Notes under the pieces: model-generated
Databases searched by the model: none
What the model was told of the DNA's origin: nothing
The model's input: the letters and a program-made list of their open reading frames with translations, nothing else
Shown here: positions 21,088 through 31,890 of the stretch, piece by piece
How positions within the stretch are numbered: position 1 is the first letter of the stretch
Layout: every line of letters starts with the position of its first letter
Made by a program: the position numbers and the translations under genes
Assembly (NCBI GenBank): GCA_913031205.1
Contig: CAJWEM010000001.1
Span: forward strand, 32,723-96,722
Direction: 5' to 3'
From: an uncultured Gammaproteobacteria bacterium
GTDB taxonomy: Bacteria > Pseudomonadota > Gammaproteobacteria > Poriferisulfidales > GCA-002705445
DNA length: 64,000 bases

Positions 21088-21858
21088 ATGGCAGAGAGAA
21101 AGTACTCCAGAAACCTATATAACCCCTTATCAGATAAGCCTTACAGACTGTCACGTTCAAGAATTGATAATTTTCAAAATTGCCCAAGATGTTTTTACAT
21201 GCAGGAGAGGAAAGGTGTGAAAGCACCATCAGGTCCACAATTTAATTTGAATTTAGCTGTTGATAGTTTGTATAAAAATGAATTTGACTATTACAGAAAA
21301 GAGAAAAAATCTCATCCAATAATGATAAAAAATAAAATTGATTGTATTCCATATGAGCATGAAAGTTTGTCAGAATGGCGAAATGCTTTTAAAGGTATCA
21401 AGTTTCATGACGAAAAAACAAATTTTATAATTTTCGGAGGTATTGATGATATTTGGGTTAATAAAAATGAAGAGCTTCATATTGTGGATTATAAAGCAAC
21501 CGCAAAGAACAACTTTAAACCAAATTTTGATACAGGTTGGGAAGTTTGCTATAAAAGGCAAATAGAAATTTATCAATGGCTTTTTAAGAAGAACGGTTTT
21601 AATGTCTCAAATATTGGTTACATTATTTATGCGAACGGGAGGGGTAACGAAAAAGAGTTTGGTGGTAACTTGACCTTTGAAGAATTTCTTTTCCCACTTG
21701 TTTGTGAGACTGATTGGGTAGATAAAATTGTAGATGAAATGTATGAGTGTCTAAATTCTGAAAACCTGCCAAAAACCGGTGGTGGCTGGAATGGTCAAGG
21801 GTGTGAACAATGTGCTTACAAAAAACAACTTTATAACATTTTCAAATCACACTCTTAA
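21088..21858 (+). CDS. Cas4-like PD-(D/E)XK nuclease with probable 4Fe-4S cysteine set (stand-alone)
   Basis: 256 aa. RecB-nuclease motif II is GGIDDIW and motif III is ELHIVDYKAT. The N-terminal cysteines (CPRCFY) plus the C-terminal C-x18-CEQC are arranged like the Cas4/AddB Fe-S cluster ligands. Confidence 0.6.
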   Translation: MAERKYSRNLYNPLSDKPYRLSRSRIDNFQNCPRCFYMQERKGVKAPSGPQFNLNLAVDSLYKNEFDYYRKEKKSHPIMIKNKIDCIPYEHESLSEWRNAFKGIKFHDEKTNFIIFGGIDDIWVNKNEELHIVDYKATAKNNFKPNFDTGWEVCYKRQIEIYQWLFKKNGFNVSNIGYIIYANGRGNEKEFGGNLTFEEFLFPLVCETDWVDKIVDEMYECLNSENLPKTGGGWNGQGCEQCAYKKQLYNIFKSHS

Positions 21859-21867
21859 AAAAAAATT

Positions 21868-22167
21868 CTATACGAATACTGATATAAAATATGGGCTCCA
21901 AGCATAAATTAATATTGCTATAAAACCAATTTCAAATATCATAACCTTTTTAAAAAAAGCTGACTCAAAGTCAGATTCTGAAGAGGAAAATTTTACTATA
22001 ACCATAACAATATCAAACATCAAAACCATTAAATAAATTGGAAAAGTTGCTGGTAAACCTAAAGTGAGAATAGTTTCTATTGATTCGTCCAATACAAGCT
22101 CTGTATCTTTATCTTGAACAAATATAAGAAATATAAATCCAAGTAAAATTAGTAAAAATCTTAACAA
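21868..22167 (-). CDS. small integral membrane protein, function unknown (99 aa, about 3 TM helices)
   Basis: Hydrophobic throughout (LLILLGFIFLIF...IAILIYAWSPYFISVFV). Confidence 0.4.
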   Translation of the reverse strand: MLRFLLILLGFIFLIFVQDKDTELVLDESIETILTLGLPATFPIYLMVLMFDIVMVIVKFSSSESDFESAFFKKVMIFEIGFIAILIYAWSPYFISVFV

Positions 22168-22200
22168 TCCAATGTTTTTTATAAATGTATTGATATTCCT

Positions 22201-23394
22201 TTAACCTTTCATATAGTGTTTCATTAATACCTCTGCAACTTCAGGCCTTGCAAACTCTTTTGGTAAACTCTCTCCTTTTGATAACATTTCTCTAACTTTT
22301 GTGCCAGACAAAATTACAAAATCTTCTTTTGCATGATCTGTAACATCTCTCATCATTACAACTTTATTTAATTTTTTTGAATAAGCTGTGTGGTCAGCCT
22401 TAAAAATATTTATTAATAATGCATCTTTTGGTATTTGATCAAAAATTTCTTGTGCATCAAAGGCGCCATAAAAATCGCCTACTCCAGCGTGATCTCTCCC
22501 AACAATTAAATGGCTACAGCCACAGTTTTGCCTAAAAACCGCATGAAGGAGAGCCTCTCTTGGACCAGCATATAACATATCAAAACCGTACCCAGTTATC
22601 ATCACATAATTTTTAGGGAAATAATGTTCGACCATAGTCCTGATTGCAGAATCTCTTACGTCAGCGGGAATATCTCCAGGTTTTAGTTTTCCTAAAAGCA
22701 TATGTATTAAAATTCCGTCAGCATTTACTCTTTCCCCAGCCATTCGACATAACTCTTCATGAGCGCGATGCATTGGATTTCTTGTTTGAAATGCTACTAC
22801 ATTTTTCCAACCCTTAGATTCTATAGAAGATCGAATTTGCATTGCGGTTCTAAATGTATCTTTGAAATCAATTTCAAAATAACTAAAATTTAAAACACGA
22901 ACACTTCCGCTTAATAATTTGTCGCCCTGCTCATAGAAAGTTTGAACTCCAGGATGTGAGGAGTCTTTTGTGCCATAAACTTTTTCTATTATGTTATCTA
23001 TTTCTTTTGAGTCTAATTTTTCAATTTTATCAATTTTTTGAATTGCTAAAATATTATCGCCATCTAAATTTGGATCAACTAAAGCTATTTCTTCACCCTC
23101 TTTGAAATCAACTTTTTGATTTGTAAGATTTACAACCGGTGTGGGCCAAAACAATCCGTTCTTTAGTTTCATGTCATTCGCAACTGAAACAAGATCATCT
23201 TTATTCATAAATCCATCAAGTGGAGTAAAGTAGCCAGCTCCAAGCATTACTAAATTTGCTGCCGCGGCAGAAGTAACTTTTATTTTTTTCATTTCTGAAG
23301 CTGATTTTAGAAGCGACTCTTTTTCTTCGTCTGTGTTGACTATTCTTGGCATTAGCTCTTGTGAGCCATGTGGTTTTATCATTTTCCCCTCCAA
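22201..23394 (-). CDS. sat: sulfate adenylyltransferase (ATP sulfurylase), single-subunit dissimilatory type
   Basis: 397 aa with motifs QTRNPMHRAHEEL and GRDHAGVG. Alternative start at MIKPHG. Confidence 0.9.
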   Translation of the reverse strand: MEGKMIKPHGSQELMPRIVNTDEEKESLLKSASEMKKIKVTSAAAANLVMLGAGYFTPLDGFMNKDDLVSVANDMKLKNGLFWPTPVVNLTNQKVDFKEGEEIALVDPNLDGDNILAIQKIDKIEKLDSKEIDNIIEKVYGTKDSSHPGVQTFYEQGDKLLSGSVRVLNFSYFEIDFKDTFRTAMQIRSSIESKGWKNVVAFQTRNPMHRAHEELCRMAGERVNADGILIHMLLGKLKPGDIPADVRDSAIRTMVEHYFPKNYVMITGYGFDMLYAGPREALLHAVFRQNCGCSHLIVGRDHAGVGDFYGAFDAQEIFDQIPKDALLINIFKADHTAYSKKLNKVVMMRDVTDHAKEDFVILSGTKVREMLSKGESLPKEFARPEVAEVLMKHYMKG

Positions 23395-23494
23395 TACTTA
23401 CTCTATATACCTTATTATAATTTCTTTATTACCTTCATTACGGTATGATTGGCATATATTAATATAATACTAAAAAAAACACACTTTAATTAAG

Positions 23495-24157
23495 ATGAAA
23501 AATTTTATAGCCCCATCAATTTTGTCTGCAAACTTTGCAGAGCTTGGTAAAGAGGTCAATGACGTTATATTAGCAGGGGCTGATATAATTCATTTTGACG
23601 TCATGGATAATCATTATGTTCCAAATCTTACGGTTGGACCATTAGTTTGTAAATCACTGGTCGATTTTGGGGTAAAAAAACCTATCGATGTTCATTTAAT
23701 GACAACACCTGTTGATGAACTAATAACGCAGTTTTGTGATGCTGGTGCTTCGATGATATCTTTCCACCCTGAGGCAACTCAGCACGTTGATAGAAGTATT
23801 GAACTTATTAAAAGTAAAAACTGCAAAGCTGGTATTGCTCTCAATCCTGCATCGCCACTATCTTTACTTGACCATATTTTGGATAAAATAGACTTCATAT
23901 TAATTATGTCCGTAAATCCTGGTTATGGTGGACAAAAATTCATCGATAATTCACTTGATAAAATTAGAAAATGCAAGGAAATGATTGATAACTCAGGGTG
24001 TAATGTTGAAATTGAAGTTGACGGAGGGATTGGTATAAAAAATATAAAAACAATTCACGATGCTGGAGCGAACATATTCGTTGCTGGTTCAGCAATATTT
24101 AATACTGAAAATTATGAAGAAGCAATTTCAAAAATGAAGCAAGAGATTTCTGCTTAA
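23495..24157 (+). CDS. rpe: ribulose-phosphate 3-epimerase
   Basis: 220 aa with HFDVMDNHYVPNLT and a TIM barrel. Confidence 0.9.
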   Translation: MKNFIAPSILSANFAELGKEVNDVILAGADIIHFDVMDNHYVPNLTVGPLVCKSLVDFGVKKPIDVHLMTTPVDELITQFCDAGASMISFHPEATQHVDRSIELIKSKNCKAGIALNPASPLSLLDHILDKIDFILIMSVNPGYGGQKFIDNSLDKIRKCKEMIDNSGCNVEIEVDGGIGIKNIKTIHDAGANIFVAGSAIFNTENYEEAISKMKQEISA

Positions 24158-24165
24158 TCAACAAA

Positions 24166-25629
24166 ATGCAAAAAGAAGAATTTATAAAACTTGCAAGTGA
24201 AGGAAATACCAGAATATCAGTAAATAAAATCATAGAAAATTTTCACGCAAGCCCTCTCGATACATATAAAAAAATAAAAGATCAAAATTCGTTTTTATTT
24301 GAGTCAGGCTCTCACAAAGGTAAATGGAGCAGATATTCAATCATTGGAACGTGCTCGGATGAAACAATAAAAGTTTTCGGTAATGAAATCCATTATGTGA
24401 GCAAGAATGGAACAGAAAAATTCGAAACAGACAATCCCTTGAACTGGATTGAAAATTTTTATACTCAAAATAAAGTAAAAAATTTGCCCGAAGATTTACC
24501 ATTTGCTGGTGGTTTAGTTGGTTATTTTGGCTATGAGACTATTCAATTTATAGAAAGTAAGTTAAAAATAGAAAAAAAAGATACTCTTGAAGTTCCAGAT
24601 ATTTTTTTATTTGTTTGTAATGAAATTATTATTTTTGATAACCAAGAAAACTGTGCTCATATTATTCTCAATGCTGAGACAAGTAAAGAAAACAGCTATG
24701 AAGAATCAATAGAAAGACTAAAAGAGCTTGAAGAAACTATAAATAGAGAAAAGCAAATTAGTGAAATTAAAGGAGCAGTTTTAAAAAACGAATTTACCTC
24801 ATCGTTCAAAAAAGAGAATTTTTTAAATGCAGTAATAAAAACTAAAGAATATATTTCTGAAGGTGATGTTATGCAGGTTGTCCTATCCCAAAGGCTTTCA
24901 AAAAAGTTTGACGGTGAGCCCATTAGTATGTACGAAGCTTTAAGAAAACTTAATCCATCTCCATATATGTATTTTCTTGATATGGATGGATTTCAAATTA
25001 TTGGATCTTCCCCAGAAATTCTTGTTAAGTTAGAAGATGATAAAGTTACGGTAAGGCCAATTGCAGGAACAAGGCCGAGGGGGGAAAGTGAGCAAAAAGA
25101 TCAAAAAAATGAAAAAGATTTGTTAAGTGATCCTAAAGAGTTAGCAGAGCACTTAATGCTCATTGATCTAGGGAGGAATGATATTGGAAGAATCTCAAAA
25201 GTTGGAACTGTAAAACTTACCGAAAAAATGATAATTGAAAGATATTCTCATGTGATGCATATAGTTTCAAATGTAAATGGTATAGTTGCAGATAAAACAA
25301 GGCCATTAGATGTTTTAAGAGCAACCTTCCCTGCAGGAACCGTTTCAGGTGCTCCGAAAATAAGAGCAATGGAAATTATCAATGAGCTTGAACCTTTAAA
25401 AAGAGGAATATATTCTGGAGCAATCGGTTACTTGTCGTGGACTGGAGATTTAGATACAGCCTTATCGATTAGAACAGCAGTAATAAAAGATGGCTTTGTT
25501 CATGTTCAAGCAGGGGCTGGAATTGTCTACGACTCTGTTCCTGAAACAGAATGGGAGGAAACAATGAATAAGGCAATGGCGCTGTTAAAAGCATCAGAAA
25601 TAGCAAATGCTAAAGAGGAAAATAAATGA
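24166..25629 (+). CDS. trpE: anthranilate synthase component I
   Basis: 487 aa with a chorismate-binding domain ([29 protein letters not shown]). Confidence 0.9.
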   Translation: MQKEEFIKLASEGNTRISVNKIIENFHASPLDTYKKIKDQNSFLFESGSHKGKWSRYSIIGTCSDETIKVFGNEIHYVSKNGTEKFETDNPLNWIENFYTQNKVKNLPEDLPFAGGLVGYFGYETIQFIESKLKIEKKDTLEVPDIFLFVCNEIIIFDNQENCAHIILNAETSKENSYEESIERLKELEETINREKQISEIKGAVLKNEFTSSFKKENFLNAVIKTKEYISEGDVMQVVLSQRLSKKFDGEPISMYEALRKLNPSPYMYFLDMDGFQIIGSSPEILVKLEDDKVTVRPIAGTRPRGESEQKDQKNEKDLLSDPKELAEHLMLIDLGRNDIGRISKVGTVKLTEKMIIERYSHVMHIVSNVNGIVADKTRPLDVLRATFPAGTVSGAPKIRAMEIINELEPLKRGIYSGAIGYLSWTGDLDTALSIRTAVIKDGFVHVQAGAGIVYDSVPETEWEETMNKAMALLKASEIANAKEENK

Positions 25630-26207
25630 TTTTAATGATAGACAATTATGATTCATTTACATATAACATCGTCCAATATTTGGGTGAGCTAGGTTGTGAT
25701 GTTAAAGTTGTAAGAAATGATATGATATCTTTAAAAGATATAGAAATTATGGAGCCAGAAAAAATAGTTATTTCTCCCGGGCCTTGCACGCCTAAGGAAG
25801 CAGGTATATCAATTAAAACCATTGACCATTTTCATAAAAAATTGCCAATACTTGGAATCTGTTTGGGACATCAAAGTATTGGAGCAGCTTTTGGAGGTAA
25901 AATCATTAAGGCAAAAAAAATTATGCACGGAAAAACCTCTAAAATTCACCATGATCAATCCTTCATTTTTAAAGATTTGCCTTCACCATACATAGCAACA
26001 AGATATCATTCATTAGTGATTGAAGAAGAAACGATACCAGATTGTTTAGAAGTTATTGCAAGAACACTTTCCGAAGATAAAAAAGACGATGAAATCATGG
26101 CAATTAGGCATAAAGATTATCATACTTATGGTGTACAATTTCATCCAGAATCAATCATGAGCGAGCATGGTCACCAAATTTTAAAAAATTTTCTTGATAT
26201 TAAATGA
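25626..26207 (+). CDS. trpG: anthranilate synthase component II (glutamine amidotransferase)
   Basis: 193 aa with a class I GATase triad (GICLGHQ, HPES). Confidence 0.9.
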   Translation: MILMIDNYDSFTYNIVQYLGELGCDVKVVRNDMISLKDIEIMEPEKIVISPGPCTPKEAGISIKTIDHFHKKLPILGICLGHQSIGAAFGGKIIKAKKIMHGKTSKIHHDQSFIFKDLPSPYIATRYHSLVIEEETIPDCLEVIARTLSEDKKDDEIMAIRHKDYHTYGVQFHPESIMSEHGHQILKNFLDIK

Positions 26208-28015
26208 ATATAAATGAAGCTATAGAAAAAATTTCGTCGGGCGATAGTCTTAAGAAAGAAGAAATAAAAAAAGTATTTTTAAGCATTATGAATAATGAAT
26301 GCAATGATGCTGAAATAATTTCATTTCTAATGACACTGAAAACTAAGGGTGAAAGTGTTGAAGAAATTACTGGGGCAGCAGAAGTTTTAAGAGAAATGTG
26401 CCACAAGTTGAATTTACCATCAGATAAACTTGTTGATACTTGCGGGACAGGTGGTGATGGTCAAAATACCTTTAACGTATCAACAGCTTCTGCAATAGTT
26501 GCATCTGCAGCTGGAGTTAAGATTGCAAAACACGGAAACAAATCTATTTCAAGTAAATCTGGTAGTGCTGATCTTTTAGAACATGCTGGAATAAATATAG
26601 ATTTAAATGAGGAACAATCAAAAAAATGTTTTGAAGAACACGGCATTACTTTTATGTTTGCTCCGAAATACCATAAAGCTATGAAAAATGTTGCGAAAGT
26701 AAGACAATCTATTAAAACCAGAACAATTTTTAATGTTCTTGGGCCTTTATCTAACCCAGCAAATGCAAAATTTCAAATCCTCGGAGTATATGATAAAAAA
26801 CTTGTTACGCCGATTGCAAAAGTTGCTCAAGAACTTGGCGTAAAGAAAGCATTGATTGTTCATTCAGAAGAGGGTTTAGACGAAATTTCTTGTGAGAAAA
26901 ATACCTATGTAGCAGAAATAGATAATGGTGAAATAAAAGAATATAAAATAAATCCTAAAGATTTTGGGCTTGAACCATGTTCGCTTGAATCTCTCAAAGT
27001 AAAAAATGTAGAAGAAAGTTATAAAATTTTTATAGAAATGCTTGAAAATAAAAATAAAGAAGCGGTAAATATGATCTGTTTAAATGCAGGTGCAGCAATA
27101 TATGTTAGTGGTATAAAAAAATCTCTTGAGGAAAGTATTTTATTTGCAAAAGAAATTATAGAATCAGGAGAAGGTTTAAAAAAATATAATGCAATTAAAA
27201 AGTCCATGCCCGAGAGAATTCAAACTCCAAAGATACTTGAAGAGATTTTAGAAAATAAAGCTAAAGAGGTTTCTGAAAGAAAAGTTAAAATACCTCTAGA
27301 AGATTTGGTAGAAATTGATTATATGAAATCTCTCAGAAGAAAGTTTAAACAAGCCTTGCTTCTAAAAATCGAGCAAAACAAAGCAGCAGTGATTGCTGAA
27401 ATAAAAAGAGCCTCTCCCAGTTTAGGTGACATTAACATGAATATAATACCAGCTAAGGTCGCTTCAGATTTTGAAGAAATGGGCGCAGCATGTCTTTCCG
27501 TATTAACTGACGCAAAATATTTTAAGGGCTCAGGTGCAATTTTGGAAATGGCAAAAAAAGGATGTAACCTTCCAATTCTTAGAAAAGATTTCATTATAGA
27601 TGAATATCAAATTGATGAATCAATTGTTATGGGGGCTGATTGCATTCTTTTAATAGCAGCAGCCCTTGATAAAAAAATAATGGAAAAACTTTATAAGGAG
27701 GCTAAACAAAGAAATTTAGATGTAATTGTTGAAGTGCATGACCATAATGAACTTGAAGCGGCTTTAGAAATCAATTGTGATATTATTGGAATTAATAATA
27801 GAAATCTGCATACGTTTGAAGTTGATTTAAATACTACAATTGACCTTATAAAATATATAAATAATGATCAACTTATTATTGCGGAGAGTGGAATACATTC
27901 AAGTAATGATGTAAAAATAATGAATGATTGCGGTATAAATGCCTTTTTGGTTGGTGAATCATTAATGACTGCCAAAGATCCAAAAAATAAATTTAAAGAA
28001 ATATTTATAAATTAA
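26204..28015 (+). CDS. trpDC: fused anthranilate phosphoribosyltransferase / indole-3-glycerol-phosphate synthase (TrpD-TrpC bifunctional, 603 aa)
   Basis: Residues 1-~335 are TrpD ([23 protein letters not shown]). Residues ~340-603 are TrpC ([26 protein letters not shown]). There is no stop codon between the domains. Confidence 0.85.
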   Translation: MNINEAIEKISSGDSLKKEEIKKVFLSIMNNECNDAEIISFLMTLKTKGESVEEITGAAEVLREMCHKLNLPSDKLVDTCGTGGDGQNTFNVSTASAIVASAAGVKIAKHGNKSISSKSGSADLLEHAGINIDLNEEQSKKCFEEHGITFMFAPKYHKAMKNVAKVRQSIKTRTIFNVLGPLSNPANAKFQILGVYDKKLVTPIAKVAQELGVKKALIVHSEEGLDEISCEKNTYVAEIDNGEIKEYKINPKDFGLEPCSLESLKVKNVEESYKIFIEMLENKNKEAVNMICLNAGAAIYVSGIKKSLEESILFAKEIIESGEGLKKYNAIKKSMPERIQTPKILEEILENKAKEVSERKVKIPLEDLVEIDYMKSLRRKFKQALLLKIEQNKAAVIAEIKRASPSLGDINMNIIPAKVASDFEEMGAACLSVLTDAKYFKGSGAILEMAKKGCNLPILRKDFIIDEYQIDESIVMGADCILLIAAALDKKIMEKLYKEAKQRNLDVIVEVHDHNELEAALEINCDIIGINNRNLHTFEVDLNTTIDLIKYINNDQLIIAESGIHSSNDVKIMNDCGINAFLVGESLMTAKDPKNKFKEIFIN

Positions 28016-28016
28016 A

Positions 28017-28589
28017 TTGAAAATTGAGATTAAAAATTGTTGTCAATGCGGATCTAGTGAAATAGATTTTTCTGTCCCACAAGGTGACAACAAACCAAGA
28101 TACATATGTCAAAGTTGTAAGTTTATTCACTATCAAAACCCTAACATTGTCGCAGGTTGCATTCTTGAGTGGGAAAACAAAATACTTCTTTGTAAAAGAG
28201 CAATTGAGCCTCGAATTAATTTTTGGACTTTACCAGCGGGTTTTTTAGAAAATGAGGAGCCTCTTGAAGTAGGTGCTGCAAGAGAGAGTGTAGAGGAGGC
28301 AAACGCATATTCCGATGATTTAAGAATATTCTCGATTTACAGTCTTATTCATATAAGTCAAATTTATATAATGTATTATGGGACTTTAAAAGATGGAAAA
28401 CACAGCCCAGGCCCCGAAGAGTCTTTCGACACAAAATTATTCTCTCAAGATGAGATACCTTGGGATGATTTAGCATTTCCAATAATTACCGAAAATTTAA
28501 AATTGTTTTATGGTCAAGAATTAACAAATAAGCCGCATACAGGGGTTGTTGATAAAATAAATGACGAATACATAATAAAGCGTAATTAA
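28017..28589 (+). CDS. NUDIX hydrolase with N-terminal zinc-ribbon
   Basis: 190 aa. CCQCGS...CQSCKF form 4 Cys. NUDIX box GFLENEEPLEVGAARESVEEANA. Confidence 0.8.
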   Translation: MKIEIKNCCQCGSSEIDFSVPQGDNKPRYICQSCKFIHYQNPNIVAGCILEWENKILLCKRAIEPRINFWTLPAGFLENEEPLEVGAARESVEEANAYSDDLRIFSIYSLIHISQIYIMYYGTLKDGKHSPGPEESFDTKLFSQDEIPWDDLAFPIITENLKLFYGQELTNKPHTGVVDKINDEYIIKRN

Positions 28590-28593
28590 TGTC

Positions 28594-28782
28594 ATGGATG
28601 TATCTGAACAAATCACTTTTTGCCCATATTGTGGAGAAAATATTACAATTCTTGTAGACGGAACCATTGATCAACAGGAATATGTTGAAGACTGTGAAGT
28701 GTGCTGTAGTCCAATTATAATAAATGTTGAAATAAGTCATAATGAAGATATTTTTATTAACACAAGAAAAGAAAATGAATAA
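28594..28782 (+). CDS. small zinc-ribbon protein (CPxCG-type, 62 aa)
   Basis: Has CPYCGENI...CEVCCSP. A 4-bp gap from the NUDIX gene suggests co-transcription. Confidence 0.55.
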   Translation: MDVSEQITFCPYCGENITILVDGTIDQQEYVEDCEVCCSPIIINVEISHNEDIFINTRKENE

Positions 28783-28794
28783 TTTAATATAGAC

Positions 28795-29424
28795 ATGGAT
28801 CTTACATTCTTATTAGCAGTTGGCCCCCCTCTTTTAATAGTTGCTTATATTATTAAAGCTGACAGGTTTCCTGAACCGAAAGGCACATGCTTTCTGACTT
28901 TTGTTGCAGGCACTATTATTATCGTTCCGGCAGCAATTCTAAATGATAAATTAATTCCAGATGCTAGTTATGCTTACTTAGCAGGCTTTACAGAGGAAAC
29001 TTTGAAATTTTTAACAATTTATTTTTATGTTAGTAGAAGCACAAACTTTGACGAGCCTATGGATGCGATTGTATATGGAACATTGGTCTCTTTAGGTTTT
29101 GCAACTTTCGAAAATCTCCAATATGTTTATTACTCTGGCGGATCTCCAGATGCGGTTGCCATCATAAGAGCATTTACTGCCATTCCTTTGCATGCTTGTT
29201 GTGGAATAATTATGGGCTATTACTTTGGTCTTTATATGTTTAAAAATAAAGACACATTAAATTTACTTAAATCTTTATTCTTTGCTATAGGTTTTCACGC
29301 AGTATATAACTACTTTGCAACACGAAATGTTTTCCTTATGATTGTTGTATTAATTATATTGATAAGCTTTGCAAGAAAATTACATAAAATATTACAAAAA
29401 GAACAATTATTATCTGAAAAATGA
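28795..29424 (+). CDS. PrsW-family intramembrane metalloprotease-like protein
   Basis: 209 aa, polytopic, with an E-E-x-x-K-like FTEETLKF motif and conserved His (PLHACCG, GFHAVYNY) typical of PrsW/CPBP-type proteases. Confidence 0.55.
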   Translation: MDLTFLLAVGPPLLIVAYIIKADRFPEPKGTCFLTFVAGTIIIVPAAILNDKLIPDASYAYLAGFTEETLKFLTIYFYVSRSTNFDEPMDAIVYGTLVSLGFATFENLQYVYYSGGSPDAVAIIRAFTAIPLHACCGIIMGYYFGLYMFKNKDTLNLLKSLFFAIGFHAVYNYFATRNVFLMIVVLIILISFARKLHKILQKEQLLSEK

Positions 29425-29469
29425 AAGTAATTACTGATTCAAATCCATGGGCGGATGCTCGAAAATAAA

Positions 29470-29769
29470 TTAGTTGGCACAAGGTGGAGAATCTTTGACA
29501 TACTCTTCTTTTTCTTTCCACTCATCCTTGGTAAATAGATGAAGTGATAGAGCATGTACTCCATTCTCTAATTCAAATTTTAAAAGTTCATTGATTCTTC
29601 TGTGTCGCTGGACTAATTTCACGTCTTTAAATTCATCAGAGACCAAAATAACTTTGAAATGCGAATCAGTGTTAGGCCCGCTATGCATATGACTTTCATT
29701 GATAACCTCAAGATGACTTAAATCAAAATTATCACTTAAAGTATGTTCAATTTTTTTTTCTACGCTCAT
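29470..29769 (-). CDS. BolA-family protein
   Basis: 99 aa with VINESHMHSG...HFKVILVSDEF, a BolA signature. Confidence 0.8.
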   Translation of the reverse strand: MSVEKKIEHTLSDNFDLSHLEVINESHMHSGPNTDSHFKVILVSDEFKDVKLVQRHRRINELLKFELENGVHALSLHLFTKDEWKEKEEYVKDSPPCAN

Positions 29770-30572
29770 TTATCAGTTCCGAAAAAATTCATGTAATTTT
29801 TGTAAGTTATATCACATATATGATCATAAGTTTGATTTCTGTGTTTTGCTAGCGTTTTTGCAATCTCAGTTAAATAAGCAGGTTTATTTAAGTGTTTCAT
29901 CTCAGAAGTGATGTTTGACTCTTTTGACGATATGTAAGGAGATAAATATGGAGAATCAGTCTCAATGAGAAGCCTGTCATCAGGGATAATATTGATAAAA
30001 TCTCTAAGATGCTTGCCTCGCCTATCATCACATATCCATCCGGTTAACCCGATATAAACACCAAGAGATAAGTAGTCTTCTAATGAATTTTTAGTTCCAG
30101 TAAAACAATGCACTACTACTTTCTTACAATCTTTTATGTTTTCACTGATTATTTTATACATCTGATGAAAGGCATCTCTTTCATGGACAAATAACGGTAG
30201 GCCTGACTCTTTTGCCAAATCAATATGTTTAGCAAATACCTCATGCTGTATCTCTGGAGGAGAAAAGTTTCGATTAAAATCTAGGCCACACTCACCTACA
30301 GCTCTAACGTTTTCAAATTCAATTAATTTTTGTAGTTTTGCATAGCTATCCTCTTTCCATTCTTTGGCGTTATGAGGATGGTATCCAACTGTTGAAACAA
30401 AATTATATTTTTTTGCAAGTCTTTGGCATTTCTCGCTCGATGATAAATCATTGCCAACCAATACCATTTTGGTGACATTTTTTTTATTAGCTTCATTAAT
30501 AATAGCGTCTTCTTTTCCTGAAAAAACTTTATCAGTTAGATTTACGCAAATATCAACTAAATTATTATTCAT
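29766..30572 (-). CDS. tatD: TatD-family metal-dependent deoxyribonuclease/hydrolase
   Basis: 268 aa with VGECGLDF, VVHCFTG and ETDSPYL. Confidence 0.85.
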   Translation of the reverse strand: MNNNLVDICVNLTDKVFSGKEDAIINEANKKNVTKMVLVGNDLSSSEKCQRLAKKYNFVSTVGYHPHNAKEWKEDSYAKLQKLIEFENVRAVGECGLDFNRNFSPPEIQHEVFAKHIDLAKESGLPLFVHERDAFHQMYKIISENIKDCKKVVVHCFTGTKNSLEDYLSLGVYIGLTGWICDDRRGKHLRDFINIIPDDRLLIETDSPYLSPYISSKESNITSEMKHLNKPAYLTEIAKTLAKHRNQTYDHICDITYKNYMNFFGTDK

Positions 30573-31372
30573 GAAGTTATACTACAATTACAACTTTTTC
30601 TATCAATGGAATTAATTATGACTTGGCAGTTTGGACACAAATTTTTATAAGTAGGATTTAATTCTTTGTCTATAGTAATTCGATCATCAAATACGAAACA
30701 CTCTCCATCCCAATATTTTCCATCTGTCTCTATCAAATAATTAATTATGCCGCCCTTCAACTGTTTAAAAGAGCTAATCCCATTTTCAGATAAAAAACCT
30801 TGAGCTTTTTCACATCTTATGCCACCGGTGCAAAACATTACAACTTCACCATCCAGATTTTTAAACTCATCAGATTTGTTGACAAAATCCTCAAACTTAA
30901 GAATATTAAGATTCTTTGAATTTTTAAAAGTGCCTATATTTATTTCATAATTATTTCTTGTATCTAATAAATGAATTTGTTGTCCATTATTAAGCATTTT
31001 TTCTAATTCCTTTGGCTCAACATAGTTCTTTTTAACTTGCGACAAGTTCTTAGTTTTCTGCTTGATACTAATAATTTCGGGCTTAATCTTTATTTTGAGT
31101 TTTTTAAAAGGTGGTTGTTTTGAATATGTGTGTTTAAAATGGATTCCAGAAAATATTTTATGATTATTGAAAAAATTTTCTACGCTGATTATTTTATTTT
31201 CAGGGCCAGCCAAATTAATATTTACACCTTCATTAGCTATATATATAGTTCCTAGTAATCCTTTATTATTAGAGCAAATGAGTTTTACTTCTTCGAATGT
31301 TTTATTCAGATCATCTATATTGATAAATTTATATCCGGTTGTGTTTAAGCAGCTTAAGTTACTAGAATTCAT
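30569..31372 (-). CDS. rhodanese-domain protein of UPF0176/TrhO (YceA) type
   Basis: 267 aa. The N-terminal UPF0176 region is GTIYIANEGVNINLAG. The rhodanese active-site loop is CTGGIRCEKAQ. The C-terminal CPNC...CNC cysteines are present. Confidence 0.7.
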   Translation of the reverse strand: MNSSNLSCLNTTGYKFINIDDLNKTFEEVKLICSNNKGLLGTIYIANEGVNINLAGPENKIISVENFFNNHKIFSGIHFKHTYSKQPPFKKLKIKIKPEIISIKQKTKNLSQVKKNYVEPKELEKMLNNGQQIHLLDTRNNYEINIGTFKNSKNLNILKFEDFVNKSDEFKNLDGEVVMFCTGGIRCEKAQGFLSENGISSFKQLKGGIINYLIETDGKYWDGECFVFDDRITIDKELNPTYKNLCPNCQVIINSIDRKSCNCSITS

Positions 31373-31890
31373 TAAAAGCCTTCCGTTGAGGTAAATAAGC
31401 CTACTCTTAAATCTTTTGCAGTGTAAATTTCTCTTCCGTCAACAGATACAATTCCGTCACCAATGCCCATAATTAATTTTCGCGTAATCAATCTTTTTAC
31501 ATGAATTTTGTAGGTTACCTTTTTTGCTGTTGGTAATATTTGTCCAGTAAATTTTACTTCTCCAACACCAAGCGCTCTTCCTTTTCCTGGATATTGAGCC
31601 CAGCCCAAGTAGAAACCAACTAGTTGCCACATAGCATCAAGTCCTAAACAACCTGGCATAACTGGATCATTAATAAAATGACAATCAAAAAACCACAAGT
31701 CTGGTTTAATGTCTAAAGATGCGTCAATAAAACCCTTATTGTATTCGCCTCCTGAGGAGCTAATCTCTGTAATTGTGTCGAACATCAACATTCCAGTATT
31801 TGGAAGCTGTGCGTTACCTTCGCCAAACATGTTTCCTTTTGCACACTCAAGAAGCTCGTCATGCTTATAAGATTTTTTTTGTTGTATCAT
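31372..31890 (-). CDS. fabA: 3-hydroxydecanoyl-[ACP] dehydratase/isomerase
   Basis: 172 aa with the active-site region [21 protein letters not shown], diagnostic for FabA. Confidence 0.9.
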   Translation of the reverse strand: MIQQKKSYKHDELLECAKGNMFGEGNAQLPNTGMLMFDTITEISSSGGEYNKGFIDASLDIKPDLWFFDCHFINDPVMPGCLGLDAMWQLVGFYLGWAQYPGKGRALGVGEVKFTGQILPTAKKVTYKIHVKRLITRKLIMGIGDGIVSVDGREIYTAKDLRVGLFTSTEGF

